Positions 17,768-25,996 are shown, counted from the first letter of the stretch. The stretch is 64,000 bases of DNA from a virus (IMGVR_UViG_3300049988_000124:160001-224000); one strand, 5' to 3'. Made by a program: numbers and translations. The notes: generated by a model not told the origin, from the letters alone.

Positions 17768-18379
17768 TTAATCATTCTCCTGCATCGAGAGGGTGTAGCC
17801 GTAATCGTAATCCTTAAACTCAGGCGAGCATTCGGGATACGGATTATTGCGACGATTGAGGGCCGAGGCATCAGCCCAGCCGTTCAGGTACGCCTCGCTC
17901 TTCTCGCCGGTCGTCTGGGCAGGCGCAGGCTCTGCTGTCAGAATCAGGTCCATAAAGGCCTGGAGGAACTTGTTGCCGCGCTCGATATTGTCCTGGGTTG
18001 CCCGCACGATCAAGAGCGGCTCGCCGTAATAGACGTTCATCCAGCCCAAGATCTTCGGGTCATCGAAACGAGCCGACGACTTATGGGTCGTGACGGTCAG
18101 GTCACCGACGATGGGATCGGTCGAACCACGAGTGCCGAGATCGGCGATATAGTTCTTGTCGCCGAAGACCCACACTTCGATCGGACCGTTGAGCGAGCGA
18201 CCCCACTTCTCAGTGAGGTTGACCTTCTTGCCGCCGATCTGCTTGTCGATCATGAGGCGTGCGAGCTTCTCACGAGCCACCGTGGTGGAACCGTGCTCGA
18301 ACTCGGACGAGCCCATGTAGTGGTAGTTGAAGCCGATGTCATCGTCGTTGACGAGCCGCTGGAGAAACATTGCAGTCAT
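17768..18379 (-). CDS. Hypothetical protein with YMGSSEFE motif and RMF-like C-terminus (203 aa)
   Basis: HYMGSSEFEHG; tail AYLNGWADA...NPYP...YDYGY. Confidence 0.65.
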   Translation of the reverse strand: MTAMFLQRLVNDDDIGFNYHYMGSSEFEHGSTTVAREKLARLMIDKQIGGKKVNLTEKWGRSLNGPIEVWVFGDKNYIADLGTRGSTDPIVGDLTVTTHKSSARFDDPKILGWMNVYYGEPLLIVRATQDNIERGNKFLQAFMDLILTAEPAPAQTTGEKSEAYLNGWADASALNRRNNPYPECSPEFKDYDYGYTLSMQEND

Positions 18380-18392
18380 GATGATGCCTTTC

Positions 18393-18698
18393 TTAGATCT
18401 GCGACCGACTGTCCAGGTGCGCTTTCACGCGCCGGTGGAACTCATCATAGTCGTCCTTGTGGATGTAGATGGAATGGTAATTGCTCGAGTCGCCCTGGAA
18501 GCGCAGACCCTCGCCGAGGTTGGGGGAGCCGTGCTCACCCTTGATGTAGCGACAGGCGTACTGGTTCTGACCGAGCGCACGGTCGCCGTTGAACTCGCGA
18601 TAGCCAGCCTTGTCAGCCGAGTTATCGCACGGCTTGTCGTTACCGAGTCCGTGACAGAAGGGTCCGCTGTAATAGCCGTGTATTTTGCAATTGGGCAT
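18393..18698 (-). CDS. Cys/His-containing hypothetical protein (101 aa)
   Basis: GAGGAA RBS before MPNCKIHG. Confidence 0.6.
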   Translation of the reverse strand: MPNCKIHGYYSGPFCHGLGNDKPCDNSADKAGYREFNGDRALGQNQYACRYIKGEHGSPNLGEGLRFQGDSSNYHSIYIHKDDYDEFHRRVKAHLDSRSQI

Positions 18699-18727
18699 GG
18701 TAGCATTCCTCTTGTTTGAGTTGTAGG

Positions 18728-18922
18728 TCAATCGACCTGGTGAACCAGGTCTTCCTTGTCGGGCATCGAGTAGAACATCCGACCTTCCATGGTGTAGGAC
18801 ATGCCGTTGTCACCGTTCCAGCGGTAGCGACCGCCGCCCTTGTTGTATGAAGTGATGGTGACCTTGGTCTTACCATCGGCGGTGGTGTAGGTCTTGCCGA
18901 CCTCCATCTTCACAGTGGTCAT
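18728..18922 (-). CDS. Stand-alone copy of the dispersed ~60-aa domain (64 aa)
   Basis: MEVGKTYTTADGKTKVTI...WNGDNGMSYTMEG...EDLV. Confidence 0.75.
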   Translation of the reverse strand: MTTVKMEVGKTYTTADGKTKVTITSYNKGGGRYRWNGDNGMSYTMEGRMFYSMPDKEDLVHQVD

Positions 18923-18954
18923 GAATGATCTCCTTATCTCTATGAGTTACTGAA

Positions 18955-19188
18955 CTATTGCGGAAACCGATCGTGGACGTAGCCGCGCTTCACCATATCG
19001 GTGAGCTTCTCGGTGTACTTGGCGCGGACCACGTCGATCTTCTGATTGACCGACGTCTTGTCTTCACTATCTCCCATCCGCTCGCGGACCTTTTCCAAAG
19101 CACTCAGTGCCGTACCGTAGCATCCGAGGGCAGCGATGTCCACTTTCGTGACCGGAGGGGTGAACAGCTTCTTCATGAAATCGAGCAT
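18955..19188 (-). CDS. Hypothetical helical protein (77 aa)
   Basis: AGGAG RBS. Confidence 0.6.
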   Translation of the reverse strand: MLDFMKKLFTPPVTKVDIAALGCYGTALSALEKVRERMGDSEDKTSVNQKIDVVRAKYTEKLTDMVKRGYVHDRFPQ

Positions 19189-19227
19189 GGTAAGCTCCTG
19201 ATTAGAGGGGAATGAAATAACACACTC

Positions 19228-19264
19228 TTAATAGTCCCACCGATCGCACCGATGAGACTAGAAT
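19228..19264 (-). promoter_or_regulatory. Putative promoter/operator, ATTCTAGT-N21-ACTATTAA (copy 2)
   Basis: Same boxes and spacing as 12862-12898. Confidence 0.5.
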
Positions 19265-19276
19265 GGTTGTGTTGAG

Positions 19277-19432
19277 TTACGACTGGATGATCTTGGCGAT
19301 CTTCCTGCCGTTGTCGCGGATCTTGTTGATCTGAATGTAGATCATCAGACCCGTCCAGGCCGAGGCGACGAGGAGGCCCGACACCTTGGCGGTCTTCTGG
19401 GCGGCGCGGACGATCTTGAACTGCTTCTTCAT
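19277..19432 (-). CDS. Small basic membrane protein (51 aa, MKKQFKIVRAAQKTAKVSGLLVASAWTGLMIYIQI...)
   Basis: Hand-found; GAAGGGAA RBS, strong codon bias. Confidence 0.65.
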   Translation of the reverse strand: MKKQFKIVRAAQKTAKVSGLLVASAWTGLMIYIQINKIRDNGRKIAKIIQS

Positions 19433-19456
19433 GGTAACGGGTATTCCCTTCTTCTT

Positions 19457-19467
19457 GGGGGGGGGGG
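19457..19467. repeat. G11 homopolymer (C11 on the transcribed strand)
   Basis: cttGGGGGGGGGGGtga, intergenic, about 10 nt upstream of an RBS. Confidence 0.9.
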
Positions 19468-19480
19468 TGAGGTGAGAGGG

Positions 19481-19675
19481 TTAGAGGAAGGCGGACATCA
19501 CCTTGGTGTAGAGTGCGCGACGAGCCTTGATGGCTGCGTCATGCGCTTCGATCACCGTGGGGATGGTGAAGTTGTTGCGGCTACGCTGGAGTTCCTCGAT
19601 GTTCTGGAGGAGCGAGATCTCGAGGAGATCCTTCTCGGCTTCGCTGAGCTCGACGGAGAGACGCTTAACGGACAT
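19481..19675 (-). CDS. Small helical protein (64 aa)
   Basis: GAAAGGGAA RBS. Confidence 0.6.
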   Translation of the reverse strand: MSVKRLSVELSEAEKDLLEISLLQNIEELQRSRNNFTIPTVIEAHDAAIKARRALYTKVMSAFL

Positions 19676-19714
19676 GATGTTTCCCTTTCTGGGATTAGAG
19701 GGTTGTGAGCGAAA

Positions 19715-19912
19715 CTACTTGATGCCGACGATGTCGTGGGCGGGATCGATGCAAGCACCGTCGACTTGATAGACGACATCGTTGCTACCGATATAGTAGG
19801 CGATGCCGGTATCGTTACCGTCATAGCCACCATCAGCCAAGCTGTCGACGATCGTGACTTCGTTGCCGGAATCGGTCAGGTAAGTGACCCGCGACGGAAA
19901 CTCGATGATCAT
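19715..19912 (-). CDS. Stand-alone copy of the dispersed ~60-aa domain (65 aa)
   Basis: VTYLTDSGNEVTIV...YIGSNDVVYQVDG...HDIV; GAGGAGG RBS. Confidence 0.7.
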   Translation of the reverse strand: MIIEFPSRVTYLTDSGNEVTIVDSLADGGYDGNDTGIAYYIGSNDVVYQVDGACIDPAHDIVGIK

Positions 19913-19928
19913 GGGAGTGACCTCCTCG

Positions 19929-20189
19929 TTACAGAGTCTTGGCGTGGACCTTGGCCCACTTGGTGTGCTGGTGGAAGTGGATGTCCCACAACCGAGCGCG
20001 CTCGCCCTCGCTCAGCCCGGCGTAGTCGCCGGACTGAGCAAACAGCTGACGCAGGATGCTCTGGTGATTGTCCATCTCCTCCTTGGCCTCCGCACGGATG
20101 CGAAGCAGCTTCACCTGCGCCGATGCACGGCGGGCAGCATGATAGGCGACGGTACCGAACACGAGCGTCTTGAGAATACGAATGATCAC
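19929..20189 (-). CDS. Small protein with N-terminal hydrophobic segment (86 aa)
   Basis: GAGGA RBS, GTG start at IIRILKTLVFG. Confidence 0.55.
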   Translation of the reverse strand: MIIRILKTLVFGTVAYHAARRASAQVKLLRIRAEAKEEMDNHQSILRQLFAQSGDYAGLSEGERARLWDIHFHQHTKWAKVHAKTL

Positions 20190-20220
20190 GAGATAATCCT
20201 CTTCGTTGATGGTGGGAGAG

Positions 20221-20514
20221 TTAGACCGCGCGGCCGAAGAGCTGGCGGGTGATGCCCATGACGAGCGTGCCGACTGTCTCCTCGACCGAGGCCCCCTTCT
20301 CGGGCAGTTCGCAGATGAGGTCATCCAAGGTCTGGCCCTGGGTGCTCATCCAATTGGCGTTGCCGTCCTCGGTGTAGCGAACACCGTTGTCGCCGAGGAA
20401 GGGACGGAACATGTCGTGGCCCTTGTCGAAGATGTCGGTCTTCATCACGATGCGCACGGGGCGGCAGGTACGAGTCTGGTAGGTCTTGTTGACCTCGAGC
20501 TGGAAACGATCCAT
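20221..20514 (-). CDS. Copy of the dispersed ~60-aa domain plus short tail (97 aa)
   Basis: LEVNKTYQTRTCRPVRIV...FLGDNGVRYTEDG...DDLI. Confidence 0.75.
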   Translation of the reverse strand: MDRFQLEVNKTYQTRTCRPVRIVMKTDIFDKGHDMFRPFLGDNGVRYTEDGNANWMSTQGQTLDDLICELPEKGASVEETVGTLVMGITRQLFGRAV

Positions 20515-20551
20515 GGTGAAAACCTTTCTGATAACGGGAGGGGGGAGTTGC

Positions 20552-20851
20552 TTACGAGTAGTAGCAGCCGGTCGCGGTCTTGTACTTGTCCTTCTGCTGC
20601 TGGATCAACCGCTCGCCTTCGCGCCTGATGTCGGCCGAGCTATCGTAGCGGGCGACAGTGGCAGCGTGACGCATTTGGTAGCGCAGGACGAGCGAGTTGT
20701 ACTCCTCGCGAATACGACGGATCTCTTCGTAGATCTCCGACTTGAGCCGGTGATCTTCGCGCGGCGTGGTATTTGCCTTGTTCTGGGCAACGGTGTCGCT
20801 GACGATGGCAGCGCCAAGGGTGACGAGGGCGATACGACCAAAGATGCTCAT
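20552..20851 (-). CDS. N-terminal anchor plus coiled coil (99 aa)
   Basis: IFGRIALVTLGAAIVS; GAAAGG RBS. Confidence 0.65.
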   Translation of the reverse strand: MSIFGRIALVTLGAAIVSDTVAQNKANTTPREDHRLKSEIYEEIRRIREEYNSLVLRYQMRHAATVARYDSSADIRREGERLIQQQKDKYKTATGCYYS

Positions 20852-20901
20852 GAGGGAAACCTTTCTGAATTGAATGAAGAGTTTACGAAGAACCTCCAGC
20901 C

Positions 20902-21249
20902 TTAGCTGAGATTCTTCTTGAAGACGACGAGCGTGTCGCGCAGCGTGGTGAGTTCGGCGCGCTTGATGTTGATCGACTGGCCGAGCAACTCGACGCCGCC
21001 CATCGCCAGGATGTGGCCGCGAAATTCGTCGTTGGTCTCGAGCATCTCGAGCGTGGCTTCGCCGACGATGATGCAGTCGGTGATGAAGCAGATCTGCTGG
21101 GGGAGCGGCAGCTCCTTGGCGTTGTCGCCTTCGCGAATCGACATCGCGATCACCGCGTTGATGCGCTGCACGGCGCTGTCGGACTCGATGTTACCGAACA
21201 GGTTGACCTGGGTGTTCTCGAGGATCGAAGCGAGCTGGTTGTCGAACAT
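20902..21249 (-). CDS. Hypothetical protein (115 aa)
   Basis: AGGAG RBS; first gene after the 21298 promoter motif. Confidence 0.7.
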   Translation of the reverse strand: MFDNQLASILENTQVNLFGNIESDSAVQRINAVIAMSIREGDNAKELPLPQQICFITDCIIVGEATLEMLETNDEFRGHILAMGGVELLGQSINIKRAELTTLRDTLVVFKKNLS

Positions 21250-21297
21250 GAGAAGTCTCCTGAAAAGATCGAGGAAAGCAGGGATTTGCTATCCTTA

Positions 21298-21311
21298 TCA
21301 CATTGGTAATA
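21298..21311 (-). promoter_or_regulatory. Putative early promoter, TATTAC-N5-TGATAAG
   Basis: CTTATCA-cattg-GTAATA-CGGCGATTCAAAA. Confidence 0.65.
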
Positions 21312-21341
21312 CGGCGATTCAAAACGTTGATGTCGGTTTCG

Positions 21342-21599
21342 TTAGCGGGCCTTCTGACGCCGAATCTGCGTGAAGATCATCACCAGGATCGGGAACCAGC
21401 ACACCGCGATAGCGAGAAGCACCAGGCCCAGATAGTTGCGAGAGATGAACTGATGATAGGGACCACTGTCCTTGACCATGTAGTCGATCTCATCGCGGAA
21501 CGTGTGACCGTGCTTCTTGGCGTAGAAGTTCACCCCTTCGATATAGAGGATCAGGAAGATCATCGCGCAGATGGTGTAGGGATAGATAACGAGCATCAT
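21342..21599 (-). CDS. Two-helix membrane protein (85 aa)
   Basis: Two hydrophobic segments and a basic tail. Confidence 0.65.
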   Translation of the reverse strand: MMLVIYPYTICAMIFLILYIEGVNFYAKKHGHTFRDEIDYMVKDSGPYHQFISRNYLGLVLLAIAVCWFPILVMIFTQIRRQKAR

Positions 21600-21602
21600 G
21601 AT

Positions 21603-22316
21603 TCAAATTCCTTTGGTGAGCCACTGATCGATATCCAGGACCGTCAGGCTAGCCTGATCGGTAACCATGGTGTCGATGAAGGTGCGGTTAGCAAAAGTGA
21701 GCGGTTGCTCAATCGGCGTATGGCCATGGAAGACATGGTCGATACCGTGGACCCGGATCTGTTCAGGATCGAGGTCCGGATTGTTCTGGATAGCGCGAAT
21801 CGTCTCACGGCTGCCGGTGATCAGATTGACCAGGTAGCGCTCGAGCGTCGGATCCGTGCACTGGAGTGCTAACATGTCCCAGCGATTGTGCATGTCAGCG
21901 TGGGCGATGCCGACGCGGTGACCACCAGGGGTGATGACCTCGAGGGCGAGCGGTGCGTTCTCCAGAAGGGACGCGAGGCGTTCCTGGATGGCAGGCGTCT
22001 TGGCGAGGAACCAGTCCCCACCATTGTGCGAGACGTTGTCAGCGCTCTCGTAGCCGAGGAGGAACTCGCGCGGCTGGAGATCGTGATTACCAAGCGTCCA
22101 GTGAAACCAGGGCTGGTTGATGTAGAGCTCGAACCATTCGCTATTGGGACCACGATCAACCAAGTCCCCGACGCAGATCACTGCATCGAGTTCAGGATCG
22201 AAGCCGAGGGAGACGAGGATGGTGTTGAACTGAGCGAACTCACCGTGGAGATCCCCCACGGCGAACACCCGGCGCTTATCCGATAGATCGAGCACCTTGA
22301 AGATAGTGGTCGTCAT
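21603..22316 (-). CDS. Calcineurin-like metallophosphoesterase (lambda NinI/PrpA-type Ser/Thr phosphatase-like)
   Basis: GDLHG, GDLVDRG, GNHD, AHA, GHTP and IDT motifs in order. Confidence 0.9.
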   Translation of the reverse strand: MTTTIFKVLDLSDKRRVFAVGDLHGEFAQFNTILVSLGFDPELDAVICVGDLVDRGPNSEWFELYINQPWFHWTLGNHDLQPREFLLGYESADNVSHNGGDWFLAKTPAIQERLASLLENAPLALEVITPGGHRVGIAHADMHNRWDMLALQCTDPTLERYLVNLITGSRETIRAIQNNPDLDPEQIRVHGIDHVFHGHTPIEQPLTFANRTFIDTMVTDQASLTVLDIDQWLTKGI

Positions 22317-22371
22317 GGGTTTATCCTTTATTAAAAGGGAGGGACAAAGAAAAGCATTTGCTAGTCTTTCT

Positions 22372-22385
22372 TCACTTTAGTAGTA
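22372..22385 (-). promoter_or_regulatory. Putative early promoter variant, TACTAC-N5-TGA
   Basis: TCA-cttta-GTAGTA-TATGCCTTCAGA. Confidence 0.5.
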
Positions 22386-22411
22386 TATGCCTTCAGATCG
22401 ATGATCTCGGT

Positions 22412-22834
22412 TTACTTGGGTATCCCGATGTACGTGTTTTTATCTTCGTCGTAGGTAATGTGGAAGCGAGAATCGACGGTGAGTTTCTTCCATACACCCA
22501 CTGCGCCGTCTGTGCGGTCCCAGTCACTGGTAAGGCTACCCCGCGTCTGGATGATGCATCCATAGGCAAAAGTACACAACCCCTTCCTCCGAACGATCTC
22601 AGTCAAGTAGGTGGAGGTGATAATGGGACCATTCTTCGGGTCGTGGGCGGCAATGTAGCCGACCGGCACATCTCCCCGCACTAGGTAGAAGACGACTCGA
22701 CCGAGCGTCTTGTCCTGGTAGTCGAACAGATCGTAACCGTTGTAGCTGCCGATCTTCTTGGCCAGGTCTTTGCGACGTGACCAATTGTTGCGCAGGTTAC
22801 GTTCCTGCGTTTCCTCGAGTAACGATGGCGTCAT
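22412..22834 (-). CDS. GNAT-fold acetyltransferase-like protein (140 aa)
   Basis: VGYIAA...STYLTEIVRRKGLCTFAY (acetyl-CoA motif A)...LTSD..RTDGAVGVWKKL; start refined behind AAAGGA. Confidence 0.65.
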   Translation of the reverse strand: MTPSLLEETQERNLRNNWSRRKDLAKKIGSYNGYDLFDYQDKTLGRVVFYLVRGDVPVGYIAAHDPKNGPIITSTYLTEIVRRKGLCTFAYGCIIQTRGSLTSDWDRTDGAVGVWKKLTVDSRFHITYDEDKNTYIGIPK

Positions 22835-22847
22835 GCAAATTGTCCTT

Positions 22848-23165
22848 TTACTGGTACCGGCTGTACTCATTACGAGCACGCGCGAGTTGATCCTCGGTGT
22901 TCTGGAAGTCGTTCTCGACGAGTTGCTCGAACTCATCGTAGATCGCGGGATCAATGCCTTTGAACTCACCGGTCTGGTGCTTGACGTCGTAGCGACGAAC
23001 GATGGCATCGAGATACTCTGCCTCCCAGAAGCGAATGTCCTTGGCGAGCATTTCTTTCCTTACCGGGTCATGGATCTTGCGAACCGGGACCAAGGTGGAG
23101 GCAGTGCTCAAGCCAATGACGCCGACGGCGGCGAGAAGAGCTGGCATGATGAAACGAGTGTGCAT
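22848..23165 (-). CDS. Signal/anchor-containing small protein (105 aa)
   Basis: FIMPALLAAVGVIGLST N-terminus. Confidence 0.6.
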   Translation of the reverse strand: MHTRFIMPALLAAVGVIGLSTASTLVPVRKIHDPVRKEMLAKDIRFWEAEYLDAIVRRYDVKHQTGEFKGIDPAIYDEFEQLVENDFQNTEDQLARARNEYSRYQ

Positions 23166-23214
23166 GTATTATCCCCTTTGTTGATTACGAATGAGAACAT
23201 TAAGAATATCCTCT

Positions 23215-23228
23215 TCACGCTAGTAATG
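23215..23228 (-). promoter_or_regulatory. Putative early promoter variant, CATTAC-N5-TGA
   Basis: TCA-cgcta-GTAATG at the head of the minus-strand cluster. Confidence 0.45.
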
Positions 23229-23319
23229 TAGGGATGAACTGAGCTCATCTCGGATTATTTATTGTGGCAATTGTCAGCCGGATTGTATGACATTCTTTAG
23301 CCTATCGAAGGTAGGAACA

Positions 23320-23847
23320 ATGGCCAAACCAAAAAAGAAGGTAGAGATTGAGGCCAAACCTCTCTTTATCCCTCCCAATGCCATGCATCTGTGGGTCGAT
23401 GGATCCTTTCGTCCGCCTGACAATGCATCGTGTGCGTACCTGATCTTCTCCGAGAAGAGCAAGCACGTCGTTGCCATGGAGTGTCTTGCCTACCGGGGCA
23501 AGACCATTAACCAGATGGAATTAGAGGCCATCAACAAAGGCCTCGATAATCCCGGTGACTATTTCATCATCCACTCCGACAGTCAATATTCCATCTCTGC
23601 GCTAACCTTGTGGCACAAGTCATGGGAGCAGCATGGTTGGATGACGCCCAATGGTGAGCCTGTTAAGAACAAAGAGCTCATCCAGTCGATCTTGAAAAAG
23701 ATGCGTACCAAGAAGTTCGTCCGGTTCGTTAAAGTCAAGGCCCACACCGGTATCCCGCTCAATTCCGTTGTTGATTATTTAGCACAAGAACTCTCTGCGA
23801 AAATGAGAGATAATCCCAAAATCACCCAGCTAACTCTGGCAGCTTGA
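23320..23847 (+). CDS. rnhA: Ribonuclease HI
   Basis: VDGS, TINQMELEA, SDSQY, W..HGW...G.PVKNKEL and KVKAHTG...N..VD.LA motifs. Confidence 0.92.
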   Translation: MAKPKKKVEIEAKPLFIPPNAMHLWVDGSFRPPDNASCAYLIFSEKSKHVVAMECLAYRGKTINQMELEAINKGLDNPGDYFIIHSDSQYSISALTLWHKSWEQHGWMTPNGEPVKNKELIQSILKKMRTKKFVRFVKVKAHTGIPLNSVVDYLAQELSAKMRDNPKITQLTLAA

Positions 23848-23853
23848 GGTATA

Positions 23854-23881
23854 TAGACAGGTCCCAGCTGGGACCTGTCTA
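23854..23881. terminator. 28-bp perfect palindrome
   Basis: TAGACAGGTCCCAG|CTGGGACCTGTCTA. Confidence 0.65.
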
Positions 23882-23924
23882 CCTCTTCATTGTATGACCA
23901 CATTTTCCACTAGAAGGATACGTA

Positions 23925-25052
23925 ATGTCTGACGTTGCTCAGGAAATCTCTACCGACTACGATATCGACAGCCAGCCCGTTCGTGACATCGAAGACCCGC
24001 TGGGTGAGTGCGATCAGGAGATGATTGAGATCGAGTCGCTCGACCAGGAGATCGACCAGCTGATGCAGGTAACGATCGCGATCGAGAATTACGGCATGGA
24101 TCCCAGCACCTTCGGTGTCCTGAAGGCAACCAATCTTCTCTCGGGTACCTCACTCGACGTTCTGGGGATGGAGAACTTTGCTAACCAGGATGCGGACAAG
24201 CTAGAGTCCGCTATGGCCACTGAGTCACTTATTGAGAAGATCAAGGAGAAGGCTGCTGCCTGGGCTGCTAAGATCATCGGTTTCACCAAGTCCTCGCTCA
24301 ACGCTGTTCTGGGAATGCTGACCAAGATCAAGGATCAGATTGTCGAGAAGGGCACAGCGCTCGTCACGGCAACCTGGGACGCAGCGAAGTCCGGTGCTCG
24401 CGTAGTCAAGGCTCACCCGTACAAGACAGTTATTGCAGCGATCGGTACAGCGGCTGCCATCATGGGCGTGGTTGCATTGATGGCTGCTCCTGGTACTTAC
24501 GCCAGTGTTGACTCACTGAGGGCATTCGCCGTTAAGCTGCGCGATGCGGTCGCTAACATCAAGCCTCCCTTCAACAAGGTAAAGGTTGAGATGGTGGATG
24601 GTAAGTTCTTCAACTCCGCAATCGTAGTCGACGTCGCCAATGGTGTTGAAACCGTGACATCGACGACCGCGATTACTACGACGTATAGTCAGGTTGAGCT
24701 TGGTTGGACACAGTCGGCCGTGAAGCTCGCGCTTGCTCAGTTCAGTAAGCTCTGGAATACCACCAAAGCAGCGCTGACTGCAATTCCTGGTAAGGTCGTA
24801 GAGATCGCCAAGAAGATCAACAACATGGGTGGTGGTGATGCAGCTACCAGTGTTCAGAACGTGGTGGCTGAGAAGACTGGCTCACCACTCACCGGTTGGG
24901 CTGCTAACAAGGTTGTTGACAGGATCTACACCACGCTACTCTTCAGCATCGTGGGTGTTGTTTACTCACTCTTGAAGGACGTGGTCCTGAAGGCATATCG
25001 CAGTGTTCAGGAAACCTTTGGTGCGCTAAAGGCTGAACCCAAGACGACATAA
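23925..25052 (+). CDS. Putative phiKZ-type internal head (ejection) protein with acidic propeptide (375 aa)
   Basis: Acidic N-terminus ending LGMENF...AMATESLIEKIKE, followed by an amphipathic and hydrophobic body; TATGAC upstream. Confidence 0.65.
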   Translation: MSDVAQEISTDYDIDSQPVRDIEDPLGECDQEMIEIESLDQEIDQLMQVTIAIENYGMDPSTFGVLKATNLLSGTSLDVLGMENFANQDADKLESAMATESLIEKIKEKAAAWAAKIIGFTKSSLNAVLGMLTKIKDQIVEKGTALVTATWDAAKSGARVVKAHPYKTVIAAIGTAAAIMGVVALMAAPGTYASVDSLRAFAVKLRDAVANIKPPFNKVKVEMVDGKFFNSAIVVDVANGVETVTSTTAITTTYSQVELGWTQSAVKLALAQFSKLWNTTKAALTAIPGKVVEIAKKINNMGGGDAATSVQNVVAEKTGSPLTGWAANKVVDRIYTTLLFSIVGVVYSLLKDVVLKAYRSVQETFGALKAEPKTT

Positions 25053-25059
25053 CCAATGA

Positions 25060-25093
25060 GATTAGAGAGAGGGCAGTTGCCCTCTCTCTAATC
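25060..25093. terminator. 16-bp inverted repeat between convergent genes
   Basis: GATTAGAGAGAGGGCA-gt-TGCCCTCTCTCTAATC. Confidence 0.8.
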
Positions 25094-25095
25094 CA

Positions 25096-25248
25096 CTATG
25101 CTTCATTTTTTGACTGACGACCAAGTGTATAAGCTTTCGTTAGTGCTTCTCTGGTCTTTTCTTCCAGCCACCAACCTACCTCAAGACTTGCCAGGATAGA
25201 TTCGATCGCTTTCTTGTCAGCCTCGGTTAGATCCACCGTGTCTGTCAT
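25096..25248 (-). CDS. Small protein (50 aa, MTDTVDLTEADKKAIESIL...)
   Basis: Hand-found; ATGA overlap with the upstream stop and GGAGG RBS. Confidence 0.6.
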   Translation of the reverse strand: MTDTVDLTEADKKAIESILASLEVGWWLEEKTREALTKAYTLGRQSKNEA

Positions 25249-25691
25249 GTGACCTCCGTGGTCATGGGAGGAGCAGTGATGGCCTGGTAAACCAGCTTAC
25301 ACTGAACATCCATCGGTACTACTTCATTGTTGTCACTACCATCCAGCGTCTCAGTGATCCACGTTGGAATAGGAAGACCAAGGAAGGTCAGATGGGCAGT
25401 GAGCCGACGAGGCGTGCTTGGACCAGTAAACCCTACCCAAGCGATGATCTCTTGAGCAAGCTTGTTGTTGGTAATGTAAGAAAGACCAGCGATGGTCAAC
25501 TGGTGATTGGTGCGCTGTTGTGCAAAAAGAAAAACCAGGGAATTTAGATTACCATTCTCTTCATACTCGTGCTTGAGATCGTTGAAGAGATCTTCTTTCT
25601 TCTTACCAAACATCTGGGCGGCGAAATACTTGGCCGTGACCATGAAATCTTCATCCAAGATCTCAATCTCAGAGGCAGGTGTCTGTGTCAT
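25245..25691 (-). CDS. Hypothetical protein (148 aa)
   Basis: ORF in a tightly packed operon. Confidence 0.65.
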   Translation of the reverse strand: MTQTPASEIEILDEDFMVTAKYFAAQMFGKKKEDLFNDLKHEYEENGNLNSLVFLFAQQRTNHQLTIAGLSYITNNKLAQEIIAWVGFTGPSTPRRLTAHLTFLGLPIPTWITETLDGSDNNEVVPMDVQCKLVYQAITAPPMTTEVT

Positions 25692-25700
25692 GACAAACCT

Positions 25701-25964
25701 TTAATTCAAGCTACCAAACAGGTACAGACTCAAACCCGACATAGCCGACAGGCTGATCACTCCGAACATGAACCAGCGAAACCGACTGGGTGATTCGAGG
25801 TAGGCCTGTTCCCGACCCGCTTCGAATGCTTCATCATACTCGCACTGGCTAATCTGACGACGGGTGAAATCGAAGTGCTGGCGCTCTTCACGGCGCGCCT
25901 CGGCGCGAACTTGTGCTAGGATACCATTAGGCATTCCGGCAACCTTTGATGTAAACGGGTCCAT
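25701..25964 (-). CDS. Small C-tail-anchored protein with YxxxYxxG-type helix (87 aa)
   Basis: YDEAFEAGREQAY; C-terminal hydrophobic helix. Confidence 0.65.
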   Translation of the reverse strand: MDPFTSKVAGMPNGILAQVRAEARREERQHFDFTRRQISQCEYDEAFEAGREQAYLESPSRFRWFMFGVISLSAMSGLSLYLFGSLN

Positions 25965-25996
25965 GGTAGAAATCCTTCATGTGTAAAATAACCAAC

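Noticed and set aside
8249-21872. Many plus-strand ORFs (8249, 13093, 14872, 16164, 21303 and others)
   Set aside because: Shadows of GC3-biased minus-strand genes, without RBSs or motifs.
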